A DNA stretch of 64,000 nucleotides from Camelus dromedarius. Taxonomy: Eukaryota. A program made the position numbers and the translations under genes. The notes below the pieces were generated by a model. The model worked only from the letters and a program-made list of their open reading frames with translations, did not search any database and had not been told where the DNA came from. The first letter of the stretch is position 1. Each line of letters begins with the position of its first letter. Positions 53,601 to 64,000 of this stretch are shown here, in pieces. The stretch is from NCBI RefSeq assembly GCF_036321535.1, contig NC_087436.1, positions 45,944,001-46,008,000 on the forward strand, written 5' to 3'.

Positions 53601-56600
53601 ACCTCTTAACTGACTACCACCTCTCATTGGCCTGTTTCTTAAAAGGTACACCAATGAACAGTTCAGTAAAACATTTGGGTGGGGGTCCCAAGCCACGCAG
53701 TCTACATACGGAGCTCAGAGAACAGAGAGCTAGTATTTGTCTTAAAAAACCAGGAAAATACTGTGTCAAATGGGATCAAAAATTAGATATTTTTAGAATA
53801 CGGTTGAGATAATGCTATTTTGTTTATCTATTGGTTACAGCCTGCAGGTTAGTTTAAGTTGCCTAGTATATAATGGTTTTAGGGTTCTAATACTAGATAC
53901 TCTTAAATAAGCACTATTTCACAGATGAAATCACAGGCAATGACAGAATGAAGTATTAGAGCAAGACAATTCATAACAGAATACCATTATGACATGCTCA
54001 CCCCATCAAATTCCAATTTCTTTTCAAGGCGGAAAACAGTTACTACAATCACTAGTTAAAACTGCCGCTCTACTGACTGCCTAAGATCACACAAAAGAGG
54101 ATTCTCCACCATTGAGATAAACATTCTGACACTGACAGTATTTTATTCAATAGTATACTTACAACCCTCAATAAAATAAATGGCAATTTTAGGATGGAAA
54201 GGGCTTTGGAGACCAATTAGACAAATCTTGTTTTGAAAAGGGAGTAAAATAGGCTCAGACTGAACGGCTTGGCTAAGCTCAGGAGCTCAGTGGGGCGGGG
54301 CCAGCTCGGCCCTCAGATGTTTTAACTGCCCATCATCAACTCAATTAGCTGCTTATTTCCACTGTACGAAGTAAACACATTTGGTTTATACAGCTATTAG
54401 ATAGACCAATACTTAGCCTCTGATTGTCTCCCTTAGTTTCACAGGGACCTCATTCAGCAAATATTTATCTGCCAAGCTACAAAATGATTTCCTAGCTTAG
54501 AGTTAGCTGTAAAACAGAATATTGTTAAATTGCAATAAACAGTAAAGTTTAAAAATAAAAAAAAAACCCAAACAAAAACTCCAGCACTAATATCTAAGTG
54601 CTGGGAAAGTGGTAATGTTTAACATTTAATAGACAAAGTGGTCTACAATTAGTGAGAGCAAAGCATCTGTGTCTTTTCTACACTGTAAGTACAATCACCA
54701 ATGTAAAAGCAATCACTGCCCTTGGGAGAGAGCTCTGAAATTGGTATTACAGAACGCAATGCGCCAAGTAGAAACACAAGATGTAGAATGGTAGGAAAGT
54801 GTCAAGCAAGAATAACATGTTTATTTAATTCAAAAGATAGAAGACAAATTCTAAATTAACATTTGATGGTGGAATTAAAACATGGATATGCTTTGTTTCT
54901 AGTTTTCAAAAAAGCAAACTCAATACTTAAATTTCTCTGCAAAGTACACCTGATTTTTAAAAAATTTTAAACATAGCTTATGTAGGGACTCAAATGCTGT
55001 ACTGGAAGCCTGAAATCATATCAGGGAGTCTCTCCAACCAAGACCCAAATTAAGAAAGGCAAGATTAGGCAAAAGCTTTGTGTTTAGTGATAATTCACCA
55101 GGTACCATAATCACTCAAGGCTGCGCCCTCCACAACAGAACGGCCAGCAGGAGCCGTGGATTGCCGTGACAACCACTCAGCCGGAGTGCTGCTGACAAGC
55201 AGAGATGCTGACCCTGGAACGTGACCATGGACAGCCAGCCATACCTTGACCAAAGGTAATACAACATGCTCCCGCTCTCTCATGCTTCAGACGAAATGTG
55301 TTCTTTCAAAAGCAATTCTGCTATCCTAAACACATTCGTGTTGACAAACTTTTTTTTACCCACAAAACAATGGCAATTACTCACCTACCATGTGAAGCAT
55401 AAATGGCTATTATTCAAAATTACTAAATGTTCCTATAAAGTACACTCAGACTTTCAGAAAAAGCCAAATATAATCGGGAATGCTTATTTGAGATACTATT
55501 AATGACAAGTCCTTTCAAGCAAGGATTTTATGAGCTGTCAGGTCACATATATCACCTTTTCTCTTTTTCCCCCCTGCTGCTTTCAGAGGCTCTGAATGTT
55601 GATAAGCAAAAATATATAGAAATAATACTTGTTTTTAGCCATAAGACTTCTCATATCAAATAGGGCAATCAAAAAACAGTGAGACCTTAGAATGAAAAAT
55701 GTCCCTACAACGAGTTAGTGTGATTTGCAGAAAATGGTTCAGTAGCCCTAGCTAAATCTCCTAGGTGGCCAGGATGTTTCTGTCAGTTTCTTTACGGTAC
55801 AATTTCAGAGAGCATATAAAGAAGCAAACTCAAAGGCTTCTCTTTATTCTTTGGGGGTCTTCAACCAGACAAGTGAAATGATGGAAGGCAGCTATTTCTA
55901 AAGTTCCGCAAACTGACTTAATAGCATGGACGGCCAAGACTTAAAAAACAAAAATCTGCAAATTAGAAACAGTAAGACTTCTTAAGATGATTACCTAAAG
56001 ACAAAGTACTGACCACTGTTCCCCTATGATTAAGCCCTATTAAGCCCCACCGTGTCATTTTCTACCTCTTTTAAGGAGTGTCCAATTCCTGCCGGGGCAT
56101 GCATTGGCACCACCCTGGACAGCATCAGGTGGGGAACATGGAGAAAGGAGCTTAGAGTTGACAATTACTTGAGAAAGGGCAGCCAGTCTTGGGAGCCATA
56201 AACATCTTACTCAAAGTGTTATATGGATTTAAGAAGAAACTGAATCAATCATTAAAGTTTAAATGGCACAGAGTGAAGGGGGTTCCTTGTGTTGGGCTGT
56301 TTTACTGTTTGGTATATCTTTAACTGTAAAGTGCAATGCTTATAATTAAAGAGCAAATTTCACAAAGTGGAAAAAGCCTCTCTCCAATTACTCTATTAGG
56401 TCTACCCTTTCACATTTTAAGAAGTTTGCCCCTTTCCTAGTTCAAAGGAACAAAATGCCCTCCCTCTTTCAGACATTCAGGGAAGGCATTTTTCAAACGC
56501 CTTTAAATGTTTCCTCCATCATTCCAAACTCTGAGGACCTGTGAGAATTGAAGGAAAAAAAAAAAACCAGGAAGTGAAAGAGACAAGATAATGGTAACCG

Positions 56601-57099
56601 GCATCGTTTACTTTCTGCTTTTCTTTCAAACTGCACAACTGAGAAGAAAAAATAAATCTTTTTCTCGTTAACAATCTGAAACTGATTTATGAGGGTGGGG
56701 AGGCGGTGTTCAGAACTAAAACTCAAACAACGCCCTCCCCAACCGCACACACCTGGAAGGCTTTATTTAAAAGGCTGTCTTTCCTCGTTAGGCTCAAAGT
56801 GAGGGCTCCTGGTCTCCTTCCAGGCTCCATCACAAGCCCAGTTACAATCAGTACTTTCCCCCCGTCTTCCTGTGTCTTTTAAAGTTCACATCCACTCTCC
56901 TCCCTCCCTCAAGCAACGGTTCTACAAACTGCACTACAACTGTGTCAGGCCAACTGTTACTCACCAGCACACACTCATGATTCACCCGTCTCTCGGGTCT
57001 CGGAACAAAACGCGAGTTTTTCTTCCCTCTCTGAAAGGGAAGTGCTCCCAGTTTTCAGTATGGAAATTTCACTCGCCTACGACAGTGCATGCTCAGGGC

Positions 57100-58300
57100 A
57101 GTCACTCCGCTCGGTTCTACCGTTTTCTTAACCCGTCTGGGCCACTTCGGCACCAACGACCCAGCCGACAGTAAAGCGGCTCTGAAAACTTACTCCAGAC
57201 CGCGGTTTGGACGTGGAGAAGGCGCCTCCCGGGGTAACTGTGCTGCTCCCCGGGCCACCGCCCAGTGGTCCCCGCACCCCAACTTAACTGAGGTGATGCG
57301 CCGGCGCACGTCCCCGCAGTCTTGGTCTTTCCTCCCTTCCATCCCTGGGGGTGACACCGACTCGGCCCCGGCGCCCACCTCGTGGTTGGGAACAAGACAG
57401 CAAAACGCAGTGAACGTCCCAGCCGCTCGGCTTTGGCTCCCGCGAAGTTGCCCCACGCAAACTTTTCCAGCCGACTCCCCCGACGCCGAGCTTGGGCTTA
57501 CCTGGGGCATCGGCGGCCGCGGATACGCTCGGCCTAGGGTCCTGGGGGTCGGCAGCAGCCTCACGCGCCACGGCCAGGGGCCCCTCCGGAGCATCATCCT
57601 GCGCGGCGCGGCGCGGCGCGGCGCTCCCGCCCGAGTCAGCGAGCCATGGTCGGCGCCTGGCGGCCGGCAACTGGCGTCCTCCGCGGGCGCAGCCTCGCCC
57701 GGCCCCCGCCTCCCGCCTCCCGCCTCCCGAACCGCGCAGCGCGGGGCGGGACGGGCTAAAGGGAGGGTGTGTCCCTTTCCCTTCTTAGCTCACACCCGGG
57801 CGCGAGGCTGTTTTCTTTCCTCCGACCAAAATTTAAAAAGGGAGGGGTTAGAGAAAGAGGGCACGAGGGACCCGCCCCCTGCATCTCGCGTTTCGAGGGG
57901 GCAGCGCGGATGCTTGGCCCGCCTCTCCCCGTGGAAGCGCCTTCTGAAATGAACGAGAGCCGGCAACTCGCACCTGCGAGCTGTTGGTTTCAAAACTCGC
58001 TATTAATCCTGGTGCCCTAGGGGCAGTCTTCCCCATTCCCCACCACAGGGCAAGGACGCGTGGGGGCGAGCGGAAAAGAGCGTCAGGGATCTGGAGAGAG
58101 GCACGGTCTCTCTGGAAGTTTCCCTCCCGGGCCGAGAGGAAAGGAAGGAAAGAAAGCAGGTTCGCTATGGCTCCGCCTCTCAGTTGGCTCGAGGAGTGGG
58201 CCGTGGGCTGCGATGGCTGGATCCTCTGCTCACTGGTGAGCGCGGTGACGGTCGCCCAGGCCTACCTCAGCCAGAGGTTTGCGGTTCACTAGGTGGCGTC
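57100..58300. promoter_or_regulatory. CpG island promoter, probably bidirectional
   Basis: Abrupt high GC and CpG density against an AT-rich, CpG-depleted background. Contains a GC box (GGGGCGGG ~57742-57750), (CCCGCCT)3 at ~57705-57728 and (CGCGG)n at 57602-57622, with outward-facing splice donors on both strands (minus 57501, plus 58236). Confidence 0.9.
57502..57700 (-). other. First exon of an unidentified minus-strand gene (5' end approximate)
   Basis: Consensus donor CAG|GTAAGC at 57502/57501 inside the CpG island, just downstream of the GC boxes. The exon contains the uORF ATG GCT CGC TGA (57647-57636) and an open frame from ATG 57597 (MMLRRGPWPWRVRLLPTPRTLGRAYPRPPMPQ) that reaches the donor in phase 0. 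Coding status is unknown. Confidence 0.7.
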
Positions 58301-58516
58301 CCTCCCAGAGCTCTTTGGGACACTCTCTCCCACAGCCAAATTGGTTTCTCCTTTGAAGCACGTTTTTAACTGAAGGAGCTAGGGAACCGAAAGAACTTAG
58401 TCTTCCCAACAATTGGAAAATCTAATGTTTTTTCTTGGAGACTTTTTGTTCGTAAAAACAAACATGAACTGTTTAAGAGCAACCTAATCCAAGCTTTCAC
58501 ATAGCTTACTTACAAC

Positions 58517-58733
58517 AGAGTCGCTAGATAAAATATGGGCTGCTCAGTTAAATTTGACTTTCAGATAAACAACAAATACCTTTGTTTTTTTAGTAAAAGT
58601 ATATCCCAAATATTGCATGGGTCACACTTATTTTTTTTTTTAAAAAGAAATATTTGTGATACACTGTTATTTGTTCTTAATATGTAGTTCAAATTTAGCT
58701 GGGCATTCGGTATTTTCATTTGCTCAATCTGCA
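58517..58733. mobile_element. MER53-like hAT MITE
   Basis: agataaaatatgggctgctcagttaaatttgactttcagataaacaac...ttcaaatttagctgggcattcggtattt, with partially palindromic ends. Confidence 0.75.
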
Positions 58734-59009
58734 AGAGGCTTGAGTGAATCAAGCTGGCCAACAATGCAACAAGTGGCAAATCTCTCCTAATAATGAGATC
58801 CTTTATTGAAAGAAGATGCCGGTTTCTATGATAGCAAACATTCTGTCACCATTAAAGACTGATTCATATCTGTTAACTAGCACCCGTGTTTCTAAACACC
58901 ATTGCCCTGCACAGTTAGTGACACATTAAACGCAGAGTCCACGTGGGAAGTAATTTACTTTAACCCGAGTTCTTTCCTTCTGTTAGCTAGTGCTCCCAAT
59001 AAATAAATT

Positions 59010-59875
59010 TATCTTGGCTATTGTGAGTAATGCTGCAATAAACACGGAAGTGCAGCTATCTTTTTGAGATACTTGTTTCATTTCCTTTGGATAAATATCC
59101 AGTAGTGGAATTACTGGATCTATGGTAGTTCTATTTTAATTTTTTTGAAGAACCTCCGTACTGCTTTCCATAATGGCTGCACCAATTTACATTCCCACCA
59201 ACAGTGCACAAGGGTTCCCTTTGCTCCACTGGCCATGATATGGGAATAACTCGAGTCCATCAAGGAATGAATGTAATATATATAAAATATATAAAAATTA
59301 CTCAGCCATAAAAATAGAAGGAAATCCTGCCAATGGTGACAATATAGATACACAATGATTTACTACTCAGCCATACAAAGAATGAAATTTTGCCACTTGC
59401 AACAACATGGACAGACTCGCAGCACATTATACTAAGTGAAATAAGTCTAACAGAGGAGGACAAAAACTATATGATCTCACTTATATGTGGAATCTAAAAG
59501 TCAAACTCATAGAACCAGAGAGCAGAACAGTGGTTTCCAGGGCTGGGAGGTGGGGAAGTAGGAAGATATTGGTCAAAAAGTACAAACTTTCGATTATGAG
59601 TAACTTCTGATGATCTAATGTACAGTATGGTGACTATAATTAATAATACTGTATTATATACTTCAAATTTGCTAAGAGAGTAGATCTTAACTGTACTAAC
59701 CACCTCAAGAAAAGAAAGGTAACTATGAGGTGATGGATGTGTTAATTAACTTGATTGTGGTTATCATTCACAATGTATACATAAATCAAACCATCATGTT
59801 GTATAATTTAAATATATACACTTTTTATTTGTCAATTATACCTCAGTAGAGCTGAGGGAAAAAAGAAAAAAAAAG
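59010..59875 (+). mobile_element. 5'-inverted LINE-1 (59010-59229 minus; 59230-59875 plus)
   Basis: A minus-strand ORF2 end ([16 protein letters not shown]) is joined directly to a plus-strand L1 3' UTR ending in an A-rich tail. Confidence 0.85.
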
Positions 59876-59937
59876 ATGAGTTTCATTTGGAGAGAAATGG
59901 AGAAGAGGAGAAAGTGTCCATTTCTGAGCACAGAACC

Positions 59938-60770
59938 TGCCTCTATACGTCACTGTAATACTTTTTTTCCAACAGTTGCTTTTTATGGACTACATTCCCT
60001 ACAATTGCCTTTTCATAGGACAACAATTTTGTAATACTATCTAAAGCGAGGATAGAAAAGATAATTGTCTTTTCTCTAGCATGTTGATTTGTTTTTACAT
60101 ATCATTGACAGTTTAGAAAAGTGTCTCTAAGCTTTACAACTCACTATTAGTAATGTCATGTCAGTTCTTACAATTGTTCTTAAATTTGGGCAAACTTCTA
60201 TCAAGTATTTTTCATACATGAGCTGTAGTATTTGGAAGAATATTCCACAGACTAGGTTCTGTATCCATTTATTTCAAGCATCATTTCTTTTTACCAGCCA
60301 CACACTCTGGTCACTTGGCACCATAGGGCACATTCACACTGCAGTGCAATCTCTGGAGCCCTGCCCTTTTGTCACAACACTGGGTAAGTTGGCCCAGTAG
60401 GTGATAGGAGTATTCTTGGAAGGCATTCCTGCATGGGCATGGCTAGCAATACTTCATAATACATGGAAATGACTGTGAGCCACATAAAATTACCCTCCTA
60501 AACCCAAACTAAGTGTATCTCCAACTCACCTTACTTTTTGTTGGATCTTGAAAACGGCCATGGCTACTCAGCCATCTGACATGAGATGTGACAGAGGGGT
60601 GGTTGAAGAAGAACCAGACAGTGATCTTAAGTGATTCCAGTTACAATATCTTACTTTTAGAAATATCGCAAAAACTTATCACCGAATGACTGCATTGCTA
60701 GGGAACCTCCTTCCAACCAGGTGCCTTTGAAAGGCTTGTGCAAGGGAAGACCCTGAAGCTTAAGCTAAAT
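59938..60770 (-). mobile_element. Zaphod-like hAT-Tip100 DNA transposon fragment (left arm)
   Basis: The minus strand reads the hAT C-terminal dimerisation-like remnant MTLLIVSCKA*RHFSKL. The end motif tgtgcaagggaagaccctgaagcttaagct lies at ~60738-60766. Confidence 0.7.
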
Positions 60771-61149
60771 CAAGTTTGCTGACACCCAAGTCCTCAGTAA
60801 ATGCTATTATTGTTACTCCAATCCTTTCCATAGCACCTAGTACCTGCCTATTTTGTAGAACTTACCACATTGTTTATTTACATTTATGTCTGGCTCTCCA
60901 GATAGATTATAGCTGCAGCGGGACAGGTGCTGTGTCAGAGTGCTCGCACAATTCCTGCTTTCAATTAGAGACTCAGTCAACAAGGAATAAATGAAATTAT
61001 GCTAATAGAGAGAAAGAGCAACTTAAAACAGATGCAATAGAGGAAAAGTCCGGAAGCTGTGGATACAGATGGAAAGGGTAACAATATGCAGAGAATGAAG
61101 TGCTGTGCAAGGGCTGGAGGGCAAAGATCAGAGACCTTGGGACCAAAGA

Positions 61150-61385
61150 GAAATGCAAAATAGGCAAATCTATAGAGACTGAAGGTAGATCAGTAGTTGC
61201 CTGGGGCTGGAGGTGGAATTGGGAGTGATGCAAATAAGTGTGAGGAATCCTCTTGGGGTGATGGAAATGTCCTGAATTGGATTGTGGTGATTGTTGCATA
61301 AGTCTATAAATTTGCTAAAAATCATTTGTACAGTTTAAATGAGTGAAATTTATTGTACGTAAATGATACAAATAAAGCTGTTTAA
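61150..61385 (+). mobile_element. L1MB-type 3' end
   Basis: aaaataggcaaatctatagagactgaaggtagatcagtagttgcctggggctgg...aataaagctgtt. Confidence 0.8.
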
Positions 61386-61615
61386 GAATTTTTTTTTCTG
61401 CAAAGTGAGAACAGAGATTCAAATATGAAGAGGCTGTAATATGTAAGTAGTACTAATGAACTAGTTCACCAAGAGTAAGTGTTCTGTCTCACCAAGATTC
61501 TCACACATTGTGGTGAAGTTCGTTGTGCTACAGTGTGGACATAGCAGCCCCAGGACGCCCTTCCATCTGCAGTGTCTAGAGTTCTCTTGCTTTGTTGACT
61601 CCCCAGGTTACCTGG

Positions 61616-62250
61616 GTGTGTGGCTAGTAAAAAGAAGCAACACGTGAAATGAATGCCCAGAAGCTAGTCTGTGGAATAGTCTTCCAAATGTTACAGCTCA
61701 TATACGAAAAACACTTTTAAGAATTGACATGACATTACCAATAGTGAGTTGTAAAGCTTAGAGACACTTTTCTAAACTACAGTGCTAGAGAATATGATCT
61801 TTTCCATTCTCTCTATAGAAAGTATTACAAGGGGAGTAGGGTCCAGCTCAGTAGTAGAGTACATACTTAGCATGCATGAGGTCCTGGGTTCAATCCCCAG
61901 TACCTCCATTAAAAAAATAAACAAATAAATCTAATTATCCACCCCCATCTTAAAAAATTTAAAAAGTATTACAAAATTGTTGTCCTATGAAAAGATAGTT
62001 AAAGGGAATGTAGCCAAAAAGCTGGCAGGGAGAAAAAAGTATGACAGTGATGTATAGGGGCAACTAATTTTAAATATGTTTTATTGGGGGGAGTTTTATG
62101 CTTTTAAAAAATTTGCTACTTATGACTTATTTCCTCACTCTAAATATTCATTACCACACCAATTTTGTATTCCTAACTTTTTATTATATTTTTCTTAAAG
62201 TCTCCCAAATTATATAATCCCAGGCTCCACAAAATTTGGATCTGCCTCTT
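61616..62250 (+). mobile_element. Zaphod-like hAT-Tip100 fragment (right arm, SINE-interrupted)
   Basis: Plus-strand remnant MTLPIVSCKA*RHFSKL, and 3' terminus aattatataatcccaggctccacaaaatttggatctgcctct. Confidence 0.72.
61831..61962 (+). mobile_element. tRNA-derived SINE (Vic-1-like) inserted in a Zaphod-like fragment
   Basis: Head plus tail. TSD aaagtattacaa at 61819-61830 and 61963-61974. Confidence 0.92.
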
Positions 62251-62518
62251 TGGATCCAAAGCATAGGCACTTTGTGTTGCCTTGTTTAGTCATTGCAAAA
62301 GCCTCGTTAGATTAGTGTTATTGGCTCCCTATTACAGATGAAGAAACGAACTTTAGTAGGTTAAGTAACTTATCTAAGGTCACGTAGTCAGAATTCAAGT
62401 CTGGAATTAGATAACTATCAACGCAAGATTTTTTGACTCCAAGACCCCAAGGTAGATTTGACCTTACACTGCCTGTCTCTTCTGACATCACTTAACCACC
62501 TGACCAACTCATAGACAC

Positions 62519-62735
62519 GGCTGGGATTAGGGTGAGGTGATGTGAGGTGAATCGTTAATGTGTGGGGTCAAATCCTTTCTTTATTTAAAATTTTGATATT
62601 CTGTTCATCATGGATTTTTTGCATTAATTTTGAGTTTTTAATATATTAAAATATCTCATTGACTCAGTGTTTTGGTGCCCCTTTAAATTTTGTGCCCAAG
62701 GCAAGTGCCTCGCTTGCCTCATGCTAGTTTTAGCT
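62519..62735. mobile_element. MER96B-like hAT MITE
   Basis: ggctgggattagggtgagg...tttaaaattttgatattctgttcatcatggattttttgcattaattttga...tgtgcccaaggcaagtgcctcgcttgcctca. Confidence 0.7.
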
Positions 62736-62820
62736 GTGTGTCACATCCTTGATTAGGGCATGAACATTCAGACTTGTGCTTTAGCTTCTAATAAAGCCAA
62801 TTTCTTCCACTGGCTTTCAG

Positions 62821-62890
62821 ACAACCTGCCTTTGCAGACATTATTCACTTATGTCCTCAGACTATCATTTGAGAACTCGGTTTTTCACAG
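62821..62890 (+). ncRNA. Candidate 70-nt internal exon of a divergent lncRNA
   Basis: Branch-like CTAAT at ~62788, pyrimidine tract tttcttccactggctttcag| and perfect donor CAG|GTAAGT. An upstream donor CTG|GTGAGC lies at 58235/58236 in the CpG island. Confidence 0.4.
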
Positions 62891-63447
62891 GTAAGTGAAC
62901 CAATGATGATACTGGATTATCTACTGTTGGTATCACTTACCTACATCTAGCAAAGGCGCTAGCTTCAGTCAAGGTGGAAGGAAAATTCATTTACAAAAAA
63001 GAAGATTTATATTTATGTCACCTGGTCTTACTTGTAAAGCCATCTGAATTGAGCAACTTCTCATATATCCTCTGCAGATGCCAGCAGCACTGATCGAATT
63101 CTAGTGGTAACTGGAGAGGCATATTCCTTTTCCCTATTCTGCCTCCAGATCCTAGGCCTTTCTTTTTTAACAATTAAGAGTCATAAAGAATTTGTACCCC
63201 AATGAGAATATGTATTATTTTAGAACTCATATGGAAGATTCACAATATAGTTACCCTATATTAGGCCTCAGAGGAGATCTCAAAAATATTTTTTAACTTG
63301 TTAACACATAAGCTTTGTTCATGAAGTTAGAAATTAACAAAAAGATAAAACATCACTAGAAACGGAATTTGAATAACACATATATTATAAATATTCATGG
63401 ACTAAATAGGAAATAAGTGGAAATTGAGAACTATTTCAAAATTGCAA

Positions 63448-63562
63448 GGGCGAAAGGTATGGCTTAGTGGTAGAGTGTGTGCTTAGCATGCACAAGGGCC
63501 TGGGTTCAATCCCCAGTACATTCATTAAAATAAATAAATAAACCTCCCCTTAAAAAAAAAAA
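63448..63562 (+). mobile_element. tRNA-derived SINE (Vic-1-like) inserted in an old L1 fragment
   Basis: Head plus A tail, flanked by aaaattgca / aaaactgca. Confidence 0.88.
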
Positions 63563-64000
63563 CTGCATAGCAATGAAAGCACTTAATATTAAAACTGGAA
63601 AAATGTATAGTCTTAAATGCATTTATTAGAAAAATAGGAAAACCTGCAAGTAAACTAAGCTTACAATCTAAGAAGCTATAAAAAGAGCAGCAAGAAATAA
63701 ACCTAAAGGCTGTAGTGGGAAGAAAATGATAAAAGGAAAAGCAGAAATTAAATCAAATTTCCTCTACACTTTTCCTAAAGCAACCCCTCCTCAAAATAGT
63801 GAGTCAATAAAACCAAAAGTGTTTTTTTTTTTTCTTCTCAAAGTCACCAAGACTAGAAATGAGTTACTTGATTGGAAAAAATGTGGAAGTCCTATGGTAA
63901 TGAAGGCATTCTGTAAGCCCACAGAATGGTGGTGGTGGCAGAAATGCTACAGGCAGGGCAGGCAAATTCATACCCAGACTGTGTGTTTATTTCACTGAGG

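Noticed and set aside
1..57700. Assigning a gene symbol to the minus-strand gene
   Set aside because: I recognised no start-codon exon or peptide of a known gene in the window; a BLAST of exon 1 is needed.
57089..57952. 287-aa plus-strand ORF and overlapping ORFs across the CpG island
   Set aside because: Low-complexity Ala/Arg/Pro/Gly composition expected from stop-poor GC-rich DNA. No recognisable domain, and it runs antisense to the exon-1 donor.

Overview
This is mammalian, repeat-rich and almost entirely non-coding DNA. It is most likely camelid, because it carries 11 copies of a tRNA-derived SINE matching my recollection of the camelid Vic-1 family, plus cetartiodactyl-type L1 3' ends. 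A CpG-island promoter at ~57.1-58.3 kb appears to launch a minus-strand gene: first exon with a strong splice donor at 57502/57501, a strong-Kozak 3-codon uORF, then an Arg/Pro-rich open frame. Its 5' intron(s) would fill the left ~57 kb. I found no recognisable protein-coding exon, so the gene is not named. A few minus-strand exon candidates occur (32027-32074, 6262-6410, 5034-5107), along with a second intragenic CpG-rich element (~11.7-12.3 kb). Right of the promoter, splice signals suggest a divergent plus-strand spliced lncRNA (donor 58235/58236, internal exon 62821-62890). Its putative intron holds the most unusual structure in the window: two inverted hAT (Zaphod-like) fragments 1.3 kb apart, with 39-bp and 30-bp perfectly identical patches and a shared stop codon. 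The rest is L1, L2, MIR, MaLR/ERVL LTR and MER fragments and simple repeats. Repeat family names come from recalled consensus motifs and their boundaries are approximate. I see no support for a novel protein-coding system; the ORF track is mostly noise or transposon-derived.
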